Virus record (IMG/VR): IMGVR_UViG_3300029286_000011
Source of the DNA: a virus
Lineage: Duplodnaviria; Caudoviricetes
Length of the DNA stretch: 64,000 bases
Reading direction: 5' to 3' (one strand)
Shown: positions 1 through 8,688 of the stretch, one piece after another
Numbering within the stretch: the first letter of the stretch is position 1
Layout: each line of letters begins with the position of its first letter
Program-made: the position numbers and the translations under genes
Notes under the pieces: generated by a model
The model's database searches: none
What the model saw: the letters and a program-made list of their open reading frames with translations, nothing else
What the model was told of the DNA's origin: nothing

Positions 1-1168
1 TGGCATAGTCACGTGCCGGAGATGAGAACAATCGCGTTAGCATTCGCGGCTCTTTTGTACGTGCTGCATCCAGAAAGATCTGCCCCAAACCGCCGGCAGA
101 GTCATGAATGTTGGATGCAATGGGCACAGGCTTGGCGAGATCCTTCCAGAATATACCGGCCGCTTTCTCTTTAGACTCTTCAGACTCGTCAGGCGTCATA
201 TAGAGGCCACCTAGATAACCACCAAGACCACCCAATGCACCGCCAAGAGCACCGGCATGCGGATTGTCATTGGCAGCCAGACCCAGGTTGCTACCGACAT
301 TAAATCCAAGGCCAGCCAGCAATCCACGAATGGAACCCTTACGCCCATTCGCCAATGCACCAACGCCTGCACCGATCATAGGCGCAGCCGCCATGCTACC
401 GGCAGCACCAGCCGGGCCTGAATGCAACAATGCATCATTAGCACTTACAGCCTCGTTGCCGAGTGTGCCTATCAATGCGCCCAATGCACCACCGCCAATC
501 GAAGCGCGTTTGCACGATACAGCAGCACGTTTTCCTAGCGATGATACCTTCATAGTATCTTCCTGCGTTTTTTGGGTTTTCGACTTCCTGTTCTTACCCG
601 GTTTATCTGGCTTAACACCAGCAGGCGGACGCTTGTAACTATCCGTGGCCATACCTGCCAATGAAGCGGGCGTTAAACCAACGGAGACGCATGTAGAGGC
701 CACCTTAGGCCCTGCAGGCGTAATTGGGCGCTTAAGTCCCTGAGAGCCCTGTGAGGGCCCACCGGGCCAACCTGGAATTCCTGTAGGCTGACTATGCACT
801 TCAGGCATCATATTGATATCCGGCACCTGTTCAGTAACCGGACCTTGCCCAGGAGCATACGTAACACTGCCCTGTGAGTTAGGCATGAATCCCTTCGTCG
901 GTGCCTGCGGAGGCATAGGTGCGGGTGCAGCCTGCGGAGGTGGAGCCTGAGGAGCTTGCTGTGGTTGAGGAGCAGCTGGCTGAGGAGTAATCGTCCTCTG
1001 CTGCTGTATAGCCGCTGCCTCCTGCACACCCTGTGTCGTAGCTGCACCACCAGGACCACCAGGACCAGATGTAGCGGCAGCATTAACACCCATAGCCGTA
1101 GCCGTAGGCGTTGCAGGCCTAAGAGTCATATTCTGCATAGCTGGTTGCGTGCCAGGTGCAAGTGACAT
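1..1168 (-). CDS. Partial (3' end beyond window) Pro/Gln-rich, glycine-zipper-containing putative virion protein
   Basis: Not in the ORF track because it has no stop in the window. ATG at 1168 with GGAG upstream; frame open to position 1. Starts MSLAPGTQPAMQ and contains GGGALGALIG and GALGGALGGLGGYLG segments plus KVAS/KRAA/KRAS/EKAA motifs. Confidence 0.6.
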   Translation of the reverse strand, partial: MSLAPGTQPAMQNMTLRPATPTATAMGVNAAATSGPGGPGGAATTQGVQEAAAIQQQRTITPQPAAPQPQQAPQAPPPQAAPAPMPPQAPTKGFMPNSQGSVTYAPGQGPVTEQVPDINMMPEVHSQPTGIPGWPGGPSQGSQGLKRPITPAGPKVASTCVSVGLTPASLAGMATDSYKRPPAGVKPDKPGKNRKSKTQKTQEDTMKVSSLGKRAAVSCKRASIGGGALGALIGTLGNEAVSANDALLHSGPAGAAGSMAAAPMIGAGVGALANGRKGSIRGLLAGLGFNVGSNLGLAANDNPHAGALGGALGGLGGYLGGLYMTPDESEESKEKAAGIFWKDLAKPVPIASNIHDSAGGLGQIFLDAARTKEPRMLTRLFSSPARDYA

Positions 1169-1209
1169 AAGACAATGCTCCCTTCCTGGGAAGAAAAGAC
1201 GTATAGATG

Positions 1210-3519
1210 TTACTTGCTGCCAGTGCAGTAAGCACGCACACCAACCTTAGCCAAGCGAATGGAAAGCTCAGCCTGTTGAGAAGCTGTCTTCTCTGGGTAC
1301 GTTAGACCTACAGCCGTACGTACGTCGTTCAGATCATGTATGCGCTGTGCAAGCTTTACGAGTGTGACAAAAGCCTGCTGCTTCCTGTACGGCCATGCAC
1401 GCTTGATAATAGTCTCTGCCAATGCGTGCAAGATGGCCGTCTTCTCTGCGGACAAGTGCATACCGTACTTACGACGTGACTGTATGAAACGACGAATCGG
1501 GCCATTGCCATTAAATATGCGGCGACGGCCATAGGACGCAGGATAACCACTCGCAGGCGTAGCAGGAGCCTGTACGGGTTCCTCTATCGTGTCCTTTATG
1601 TTGGCCATAGCCGATGCAGGAGCCGCGTCATCCATAGTGAAATTGGCTGCAGGATGCTCAGGTGCAGCTGCAAGCATATTGCCACCGTTAGGCGCAGGTG
1701 CTGATGCAGGAGATGGAGGAGCCATCATAGAAGCTGCACCTATGCCAAGCCTAGAAGCCAGCGATCCGCCATAAAGCGATCCAGCAGGTGCGGCAGCATT
1801 CGCAGCAGCCATACCTTCTATGGGCGCAGATGCACCAATAGAGATAGGCGGCTTGGGAACACTGGCACTCATAGAGGCCATACCAGGTATAGGCGCAGAT
1901 GCACCAACAGACAAAGGCTCAGGAGTCGGCGCAGGAGCCTGCGGTGCAGCCATAGGCCTGGGCGCATACATAGGAGCCTGCCTACGGAAACCAAAACGAG
2001 CGCTAGTCTTCATCGATAACGGTTTCGCAGGCTTGGGTAGGCTAGATGCAGTTACAGGAGAAGGCTTAGGCTTGTATCCACCCTGCCACATATTCGTCGG
2101 GAAATCCGGTGCCGCCATGGGCTTCGGTGCCGAAGGTGTTACAGAGATCGAACGCTTAGGCGCTTGCGCAACAGGTGCAGGTGCAGGAGGAGGCTTAGGT
2201 ACAGATCCGTACGTATCGACATTAGCACTAGGTAGCGGTGTAGACGCTCCTGGGGCCAGCCTAGCACCAGGAACCGTAGGAGCAGGAGCAGCCGGTTGAG
2301 TCGCTTGAGGTGCCGGTGCTGGAGGTTTCGGTAACGGCGGCGGCGCTGGAGGCGGCACAGTGTCTTTCACATTAGCCATTGCTACAGGAGCAGGTGCAGC
2401 CTGCGGAACAGGCCTTTGTACATAAGTGCTGCCCATCTGATTACGTGCATTGTTGCCCGTGACGTTAATGGCCGCAGCCGTACCAAGACCAGCCACATCA
2501 GGCATAGGGCCAGCTGTGGGCATAGGATTGGCAGCAGCTATATCCGCAGGTATCGGAATAGCTCCAGGTCCGTTGTACGAAGGCATACCAGGAGCTGTGC
2601 CAGACATGACAGTAGACTGACGAGGACGGTACGCAGGGCCACCAGCATTAGCAATGGCCCGTGTTTCACTCTGTAGCTGCCTGAACGCTGGGTCAGACTG
2701 CAAACGACCTCTCGTAGCTGCGTGCAAACCATTGGCAGACGAGTCCACAGACGGCGGTGGGCCAGAGAATGTCTTCTGAGCAATAGGTGACTCTTGACCA
2801 CCCATAGCACCACCAAGATCGGCTGTAGACTTAGCCTGTGCATACTCGCGTGTAGCTGCACGATCAGCCTGCAGCTGCTGTATCTGCTCCGGTGTGAAGC
2901 GATCACTCACATTGCCGCCATAACGCTTCAATGCCTCAGGGCTGGCATTACGAAGCGTACTGCGCATGTAACGACGCTCACGAGCAGCCATCTCTTCACC
3001 ACGATTGCCAAGACGACCCCAGTTGGCCGGCAAAGGCTCTGCTTGTCCCTTAGCCTGAACAGGCGCAGGTGCAGGGGCAGGCTCAGGTGTCGGCTCAGGA
3101 ACAGGATCTTTGATGTTGGCTACGGCCGGTGCAGGAGTTGGCTCAGGCGCAGGTGCCGGAACCGGAGGAGGCGGCGGTGTAGACACGGGCTGCCATGACG
3201 GCGTGCCAAAAAAGGCCGAGGCCGCAGATTGGCCAAGCATTGCGTCGGATAAGCCACGATCTGTATTGCCAGAAGAGCTTAGTCCAAATAGCGGTACGCC
3301 GTTGGCAGGACCGACAGTGAACTCAGGCGCAGGATTGGCTCGCCTGGCATCCAGCTGCGGTGTATTGCCGCGTGCAGGTCCTGGCTGAGTCAAAGGCGTG
3401 TACGGCCGATTGGTAGACAGCGAGTTAGCAATGCTGTCCAATGCCGATGAGGTTGCCTTTGAGCTATCGGGCAGCGAGGCAGCGAGCTGACCTAGATCCG
3501 ACACGTTGACAATTGGCAT
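1210..3519 (-). CDS. Pro/Ala-rich low-complexity putative virion protein
   Basis: ORF 1210..3573; likely start MPIVNV at 3519 (GGAG RBS). Three copies of A(M/V)AN(I/V)KD and several KTA/KLA motifs. Confidence 0.6.
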   Translation of the reverse strand: MPIVNVSDLGQLAASLPDSSKATSSALDSIANSLSTNRPYTPLTQPGPARGNTPQLDARRANPAPEFTVGPANGVPLFGLSSSGNTDRGLSDAMLGQSAASAFFGTPSWQPVSTPPPPPVPAPAPEPTPAPAVANIKDPVPEPTPEPAPAPAPVQAKGQAEPLPANWGRLGNRGEEMAARERRYMRSTLRNASPEALKRYGGNVSDRFTPEQIQQLQADRAATREYAQAKSTADLGGAMGGQESPIAQKTFSGPPPSVDSSANGLHAATRGRLQSDPAFRQLQSETRAIANAGGPAYRPRQSTVMSGTAPGMPSYNGPGAIPIPADIAAANPMPTAGPMPDVAGLGTAAAINVTGNNARNQMGSTYVQRPVPQAAPAPVAMANVKDTVPPPAPPPLPKPPAPAPQATQPAAPAPTVPGARLAPGASTPLPSANVDTYGSVPKPPPAPAPVAQAPKRSISVTPSAPKPMAAPDFPTNMWQGGYKPKPSPVTASSLPKPAKPLSMKTSARFGFRRQAPMYAPRPMAAPQAPAPTPEPLSVGASAPIPGMASMSASVPKPPISIGASAPIEGMAAANAAAPAGSLYGGSLASRLGIGAASMMAPPSPASAPAPNGGNMLAAAPEHPAANFTMDDAAPASAMANIKDTIEEPVQAPATPASGYPASYGRRRIFNGNGPIRRFIQSRRKYGMHLSAEKTAILHALAETIIKRAWPYRKQQAFVTLVKLAQRIHDLNDVRTAVGLTYPEKTASQQAELSIRLAKVGVRAYCTGSK

Positions 3520-3521
3520 TA

Positions 3522-3788
3522 CTAAGCTCCTACGGGATCCGTCCCCGAAATGTTGTTCAACAGAGCAACGCACAGCTGATTAAGGCTTGTGCGCCGTTTG
3601 TGCGATTCGTCCTTGAGCGCCTGATGCAATGCGGCAGGTATACGCAATGATACCGGCCGCATGTCCATGGTCTGTAATTGACCAAAGTCGACAAGCTGCC
3701 GAGTGGACTGTAGTTCGTAGAGTTCGTTTATGGCGTTGGCAATCTCTTGCAGACGCCCTTCCGTGTCGTCGGAACGGAATACAAACAT
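3522..3788 (-). CDS. Ribbon-helix-helix DNA-binding protein (HicB C-terminal/Arc-like)
   Basis: RPVSLRIPAALHQALKDESHKRRTSLNQLC matches the RHH pattern xLRIPxxLHxxL...SLNQ. Confidence 0.7.
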   Translation of the reverse strand: MFVFRSDDTEGRLQEIANAINELYELQSTRQLVDFGQLQTMDMRPVSLRIPAALHQALKDESHKRRTSLNQLCVALLNNISGTDPVGA

Positions 3789-3879
3789 TGTTGCTGTTTC
3801 CCTGTGGATTCCGTTACTGCGCTAGCTAGTTTTCATTATACGGAAGGGCGTCTGCATTACCTAGGCGGCTAGATAACGG

Positions 3880-4482
3880 CTACCATGACGACGAAGGCGT
3901 AGAGCCTGGCGGCGGGTCAGCTCGGATGACATCAGGCGAGTCGTTAGCAGGCGTATCAGATACAGCCACCCAATGAAATAGGTCGTCTGATGCGTTTTCC
4001 TCTTCATCCTCTGACTCGTCCTCTGGCTCGTCCTCTGGCTCATACTCTGACTCTTCGTCATTAGACTCGTATTCATCTTCATCTTCATCTTCTTCTTCGT
4101 CGTCATCATCACGGTAGCCATCAAGCTCAGATTCTTCTTCATCGTCCAACCGCAGCTGATCGTAGTAGCCGTAGTTGAACGAGAAATATATGAGCCTAAT
4201 GCCTACAGCATAAAAGCCTAACAATATTCGCTGTAGCGCTGGACTGAAGCCGGCAGCAGTAAGCATGGCTACTGACATGCTTCGACCAGAAGCCATATCG
4301 ATCAGTACGACCATGTCAGACGTGAAAGCTACGCTGAAACCAGGTGCGCTATAGCCTAGTGTTGCTCGAGCAGATAAACGCCTACGGTCCTCAGACGTTA
4401 TATGGTCGAAATGCACAAAGGCCAGCTTGCTTGACTCATTAGCTATGAACCGACAAAAGTCTTCAGGAAGATCAAAGGCCAT
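3880..4482 (-). CDS. Hypothetical protein with long acidic C-terminal tract
   Basis: ORF track 3880..4509; likely start MAFDLP at 4482; D/E run near the C-terminus. Confidence 0.55.
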   Translation of the reverse strand: MAFDLPEDFCRFIANESSKLAFVHFDHITSEDRRRLSARATLGYSAPGFSVAFTSDMVVLIDMASGRSMSVAMLTAAGFSPALQRILLGFYAVGIRLIYFSFNYGYYDQLRLDDEEESELDGYRDDDDEEEDEDEDEYESNDEESEYEPEDEPEDESEDEEENASDDLFHWVAVSDTPANDSPDVIRADPPPGSTPSSSW

Positions 4483-5059
4483 CAGTCTCGTGCTCCTGCT
4501 GCAGTTCACGCTGTATAGAGGCTATGGGTCCTTTGCCCATAGCAACAGCCTGCTCGTCCCTGAGCCTGTTGAATCCCATCTGACGAACAAGATCCATTAG
4601 GCCTTCCGTGGCAAACTTGATCTGTGTGCACAAGAAGCCTTCAGTCAGCCGCTCTTCAGGCTTGAACTTCGTGCTCGTTTGCACCTGCCAAGCCTTCTCA
4701 CCAGCGTAGCCCGCCGTTACGGCTACGTGTAGAAACATTGGTGTTTCTTTCACAGGCGGCTGCGCAGAACGGCTGATGCTATCCCAAAAGCTGAGCAGCA
4801 TTGCAAACGCATCGTAGTTGTCGCTGAATATAGCCTGTAGATATGCGCACTCGTCCGCGCCCAAAGCCAGGCCCTCTGGCGGATCTCTGGAAAGCAAAGC
4901 AAGACTGACACCTGGCTGATCATGCGCCAGGCACCAACGAAGGAAGCGTTTGACCTCGACCGATTTGACCTGCTCGCTGTCCAACGACATTGCAGCGGTG
5001 TACTCGCGAAACAGGTACTTCAAGACTTCGATGATAAGACGTGCGTCAATTTTGGCCAT
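4472..5059 (-). CDS. Hypothetical protein
   Basis: 195-aa ORF tiling with its neighbours; starts just downstream of a palindrome copy. Confidence 0.6.
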   Translation of the reverse strand: MAKIDARLIIEVLKYLFREYTAAMSLDSEQVKSVEVKRFLRWCLAHDQPGVSLALLSRDPPEGLALGADECAYLQAIFSDNYDAFAMLLSFWDSISRSAQPPVKETPMFLHVAVTAGYAGEKAWQVQTSTKFKPEERLTEGFLCTQIKFATEGLMDLVRQMGFNRLRDEQAVAMGKGPIASIQRELQQEHETDGL

Positions 5060-5076
5060 CCGGCACCTGTGAGATG

Positions 5077-5092
5077 TAATTAGCGCTAATTA
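5077..5092. promoter_or_regulatory. Palindrome TAATTAGCGCTAATTA, copy 1
   Basis: Perfect 16-bp palindrome, 17 bp upstream of the 5059 start codon. Confidence 0.75.
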
Positions 5093-5104
5093 AATTCACC
5101 AATG

Positions 5105-5128
5105 AAAAAGGGCCACCTGAGTGGCCCT
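5105..5128 (-). terminator. Probable intrinsic terminator
   Basis: AGGGCCAC-CTGA-GTGGCCCT stem followed by a T-run on the minus strand. Confidence 0.65.
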
Positions 5129-5150
5129 ATCGTCCGCAAACTGTTACTGG

Positions 5151-5459
5151 CTAACCGCTTACGCGAACTTCGCCAGCGGGCGGCAAACCACCGGTCACAG
5201 ACGGAATACGCCCAGTGACCGCGCAAACGCCGCTAACAGGCGCACTGACGCCCTGAACAGGTGCCAATGCAAACTGCTGACCGTTTGCCAGCTGAATCGT
5301 GTAGTTGCCAGTGCCTGGCCCGTAGGAAAGACCCACAGGACGAACCCTGGACAGATACGCGTCAGCGCCGCTACAAAAGCTGCGCACATCCGCCGGGATG
5401 TCGCCGTTCGGATATAGCAGATTGCACAAAAACTCTGTAAAGCACTTCTGCATGATCAC
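5151..5459 (-). CDS. Hypothetical protein
   Basis: 102-aa ORF filling the gap between neighbours. Confidence 0.5.
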   Translation of the reverse strand: MIMQKCFTEFLCNLLYPNGDIPADVRSFCSGADAYLSRVRPVGLSYGPGTGNYTIQLANGQQFALAPVQGVSAPVSGVCAVTGRIPSVTGGLPPAGEVRVSG

Positions 5460-5476
5460 TCCTTCAGAATGACTTG

Positions 5477-6046
5477 TTACTGTTTGTAGATCTTCGGCTC
5501 AACGGCAGCACCGGCTAAGCCATTGATGTCGTTCTTCACTGCTGATCGCAAGTCGTTGAGTTCGCGTATACGCATAGACGTACGAATGTACTCTAACGAT
5601 TGCTGCATTGTGAACTGATCAGGATCGTACGTGTACTTGCGTATCTTTGTCTCTAAGACCCACAACTCCAAATGGATCTTGTCCAACTTATTTATCGGCT
5701 CGGCCAGCTTGGCATGAGTGCGCAACAAGAAATTGACGTTACTGCCATTTTCCTTATAGTCTAGCCACGTCTGCATATCAAAGGCCTTGAGTAGGCTACA
5801 ACTGCAGTTGTTCGCCAGCTCGGATACGGCTGCGTACTTTGACGACAGCTCGTCATCGCTCAGGCTGAGAAGCTTAAGCCGCAATATGATCCAGCGATCA
5901 ATCATCTCAGCAAGAGTCACCGTCATCTTGCCCGAAGCAGGAAGCTTAGGTGGCTCCGTGGACTTAACACGCAGAACTGCTGACCTTTCTCGGACAGAAA
6001 AGGTCTTCCACGCATCGCGCAAGATAGTGGCAAAACGCCCGCTCAT
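5477..6046 (-). CDS. DUF6165-like protein
   Basis: VTLAEMIDRWIILRLK ... LWVLETKIR ... ELNDLRSAVKNDIN ... EPKIY resembles DUF6165. Likely start MSGRF at 6046, overlapping (ATGA) the stop of the small upstream ORF. Confidence 0.55.
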   Translation of the reverse strand: MSGRFATILRDAWKTFSVRERSAVLRVKSTEPPKLPASGKMTVTLAEMIDRWIILRLKLLSLSDDELSSKYAAVSELANNCSCSLLKAFDMQTWLDYKENGSNVNFLLRTHAKLAEPINKLDKIHLELWVLETKIRKYTYDPDQFTMQQSLEYIRTSMRIRELNDLRSAVKNDINGLAGAAVEPKIYKQ

Positions 6047-6216
6047 GTCTTCGGCTTCCTTTTCTGACCGTACAGCCATGGCGGCTGCGAATTGGTTGGT
6101 TTGTCCGTCAGCGCTTTATTGACTTCATCGCGGTGCTCCTGTGTAGCTACGGGTAGTAACGAGGTACGTCTGGCCACTCTCTTAGCGGCCTGTTCGCCTA
6201 GATCTTTCGAGTCCAT
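6043..6216 (-). CDS. Small hypothetical protein (57 aa), not in ORF track
   Basis: MDSKDLGEQAAKRV...; AGGAG RBS; ATGA coupling to the next gene. Confidence 0.45.
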   Translation of the reverse strand: MDSKDLGEQAAKRVARRTSLLPVATQEHRDEVNKALTDKPTNSQPPWLYGQKRKPKT

Positions 6217-7259
6217 ACGTTGTCTCCTATGGCTTCTTCCAGTCTAGGCGAGATCAGCGACGACAGCAATTCACGCGATTCCGATTGCTTACTAAGCAGT
6301 TTGCTGCGTACTTCTGCTGCCATAGCCCTGAGCCTGGAAAACCTTGCACGAATGTGGAACATGCCGTGAACTATCTCACGTAACACATCCAGGTTCGGGC
6401 TCATGCTGTGTATGTCGGGCCACAGCACAGTAGTTTCGCCTTTCAGCAGCACCTCAGGAATGTCCGCATACAGCTCAGCAGTCTGTACACAGTTAGGTGC
6501 AATCACAGGCGTACCGCTAAGCAGCATCTCTGTTAAGTACAGCTGCAGGGACGATACACCGGCATAATAGATGGCCTGATGTGAAAGATACAAGTCGTGC
6601 CTTACATCTTCAGACGGGCCAGAGACTATAGTCACCCTGTCTCCATACTGATTCAGTTGAGGACAACGCAATCGTTTGGAGCTGTATTCATCCAGCCACA
6701 ACGTGACACGAATAGGTTCGTCGTCTAGCAGCATGGAGATGACATTGAAGATGGTTGAAGCCTGTGTGCGCATGGTATACGAATCGGCATACACCAGTAT
6801 GCTAGGCTCCGACGCCATGTTCGCTGTGGCTACATCAGGAATCCACTGTAGCACAATGGGATTGAACATCGGGCTTTCACGCAGAAACTCAGCAGCAGTT
6901 GCCGAGCTGCCGCATAGTATACCCGTGCAGAAGCGTAGGAACTCCCAATGCCTATCTTTCATCCTGTCTGGCGTGAATATGGCGAATTCTCGTTGCCATG
7001 GCTCAGCCTTCAGTTCCTTGTACAGATCAGTAACACCTGTGAAGATCACCTGTTGTTCTTTGTGCCACTTCTTCAGTGTGTCTAGCTGATCGCCATAGTT
7101 CACGCGTACGTCCCACACCGAGTATGAGTTTCGTCGTGACGGCGTTGGTGACATCCAGCTCACTTCGTGTCCAATAGTCACCAGATAGTCTGCAACCGAC
7201 TGCAGCCAACTTCTTGTCTCTGTACTGCTGTAGTCAGCCAAGATGCCAACCTGACTCAT
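6198..7259 (-). CDS. Putative GT-B fold glycosyltransferase (divergent)
   Basis: C-terminal LYLSHQAIYYAG...LTEMLLSGTPVIAP resembles the GT4 donor-binding motif; lies within the GT cluster; likely start MSQVG at 7259. Confidence 0.5.
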   Translation of the reverse strand: MSQVGILADYSSTETRSWLQSVADYLVTIGHEVSWMSPTPSRRNSYSVWDVRVNYGDQLDTLKKWHKEQQVIFTGVTDLYKELKAEPWQREFAIFTPDRMKDRHWEFLRFCTGILCGSSATAAEFLRESPMFNPIVLQWIPDVATANMASEPSILVYADSYTMRTQASTIFNVISMLLDDEPIRVTLWLDEYSSKRLRCPQLNQYGDRVTIVSGPSEDVRHDLYLSHQAIYYAGVSSLQLYLTEMLLSGTPVIAPNCVQTAELYADIPEVLLKGETTVLWPDIHSMSPNLDVLREIVHGMFHIRARFSRLRAMAAEVRSKLLSKQSESRELLSSLISPRLEEAIGDNVWTRKI

Positions 7260-7912
7260 CTGTGCGCTCTCCCTTGGAAGTAAGGACAATGCAAACGATC
7301 CTGTGAAAATGTCGTGTAGTGCATTCCTTGCCTCCACACACAGTAATCAAAGCTGAGCTGGTCCCTGACACTGTTGTTAGACAACTCATGCCACCACAGC
7401 TCATTGAACACACGCACTTGGTCTGAATGTCGTCTAATCAATGCACAAGTCTCAGCCAGACCGTTGTTGGCAGGATAGCCTTCCTGCTTGTATCCGAAGA
7501 TCTGACGCTGCATAACAACAGGGTCATCTTTCTTCAGACGCAGACATGCGGATAGTTCTTCGTACACGCAGCTACGTTGACGATGCTTGAACACGGCAAT
7601 ATCTGTGCTTGTCAGATAGCGCTGCACAAGCTGTTCTGGATCACACAACGGTGTGAAGTTGCCATCCACCCATAGCGTGTAATCGGCAGATGGAAACACA
7701 ACATGAGACAGCAACTTGTGCTGTCTGGCCTTACGCTGGGCATTCACATGGCTGAATACAGAAGGCAGAATCTCCCAGCCAGATAGTCGTTGTGGCGTCT
7801 TCACATCCATGAAGGCAACACAACGAGTACCGGGTGAGACAGTGGGCAGATACAGATGATCTTTAGCCACCATTGGGCCGAAGATTGCTGTGTAGACTAC
7901 GGTACCGGACAT
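7256..7912 (-). CDS. DUF616 (TOD1/MUCI70-like) glycosyltransferase
   Basis: VVYTAIFG, RKARQHKLLSH, YTLWVDGN, DIAVFKH, RDQLSFDY motifs typical of DUF616. Confidence 0.8.
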   Translation of the reverse strand: MSGTVVYTAIFGPMVAKDHLYLPTVSPGTRCVAFMDVKTPQRLSGWEILPSVFSHVNAQRKARQHKLLSHVVFPSADYTLWVDGNFTPLCDPEQLVQRYLTSTDIAVFKHRQRSCVYEELSACLRLKKDDPVVMQRQIFGYKQEGYPANNGLAETCALIRRHSDQVRVFNELWWHELSNNSVRDQLSFDYCVWRQGMHYTTFSQDRLHCPYFQGRAHR

Positions 7913-8679
7913 TGCCTAGGCTCCTCAGCACTAGACGCTCTGTACCAGCCCGTATGCTTGTGTTTGTCGCCACGCGACACAGCTCTGTAGTGGAATACAA
8001 AACTAGATGGCACAAAGCCTATCCTGAAACGTCTAGTTAGCCAGCGTGTTTGAAGCTCGTCCTCATTGCCTGTCAGCTTGTACTTAGGGTCAAACACGTA
8101 CTGCTTATTAAACGCTCCAGCCCACCACACGTCTGTTCTAGCTACTGTGCAGTAGCCATTGATCTTGCTGGAGACTATGCCTGTCCTAGCGTGCCTAGAC
8201 TGTAACTCTGCGGCTACCGTTGCCAGGTCTGCAGGATCGTCAGATGTGACATAGCCGGGCAGATAACGTGTAACTGATTGACGCTGCCTATTGGTTCTTC
8301 CAGGCGCGTTAGTTATCGGGCCCAACAAATGCCAGCCACCAGCCAGTCCTGCTCGCACAGGTTCCCACCAACCCGGTGTGAATATGATGTCTGAGTTACC
8401 CGCTATGGCGTATGTGAATCCATGCGACCTTGCGTAGGTCAGGCCGTGATTCCACGAGCGAGTAAGGCCGTCTTGTCGACCAAACCTATAGATCTGAATA
8501 CGGTCGCGCGGTAGGTCATGAGCCCAGGCAGCCCAGTTCTGCTGATCAAAGCCAGGAGAACAATCATCAACAACCAGCGCAAAAGAGTCTGGTGGAGAAT
8601 GTTGCAGAAAACTGGCCACAGCACGACGACTGTATACGAACTTGCCGTAGCTTGGGCAGATAAACAGTAAGCGGCCCAT
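7897..8679 (-). CDS. GT2-family glycosyltransferase
   Basis: FICPSYG, LVVDDCSP, GLTRSWNHGL, GNSDII, FVFHY motifs. Confidence 0.8.
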   Translation of the reverse strand: MGRLLFICPSYGKFVYSRRAVASFLQHSPPDSFALVVDDCSPGFDQQNWAAWAHDLPRDRIQIYRFGRQDGLTRSWNHGLTYARSHGFTYAIAGNSDIIFTPGWWEPVRAGLAGGWHLLGPITNAPGRTNRQRQSVTRYLPGYVTSDDPADLATVAAELQSRHARTGIVSSKINGYCTVARTDVWWAGAFNKQYVFDPKYKLTGNEDELQTRWLTRRFRIGFVPSSFVFHYRAVSRGDKHKHTGWYRASSAEEPRQCPVP

Positions 8680-8688
8680 AACACGCCT

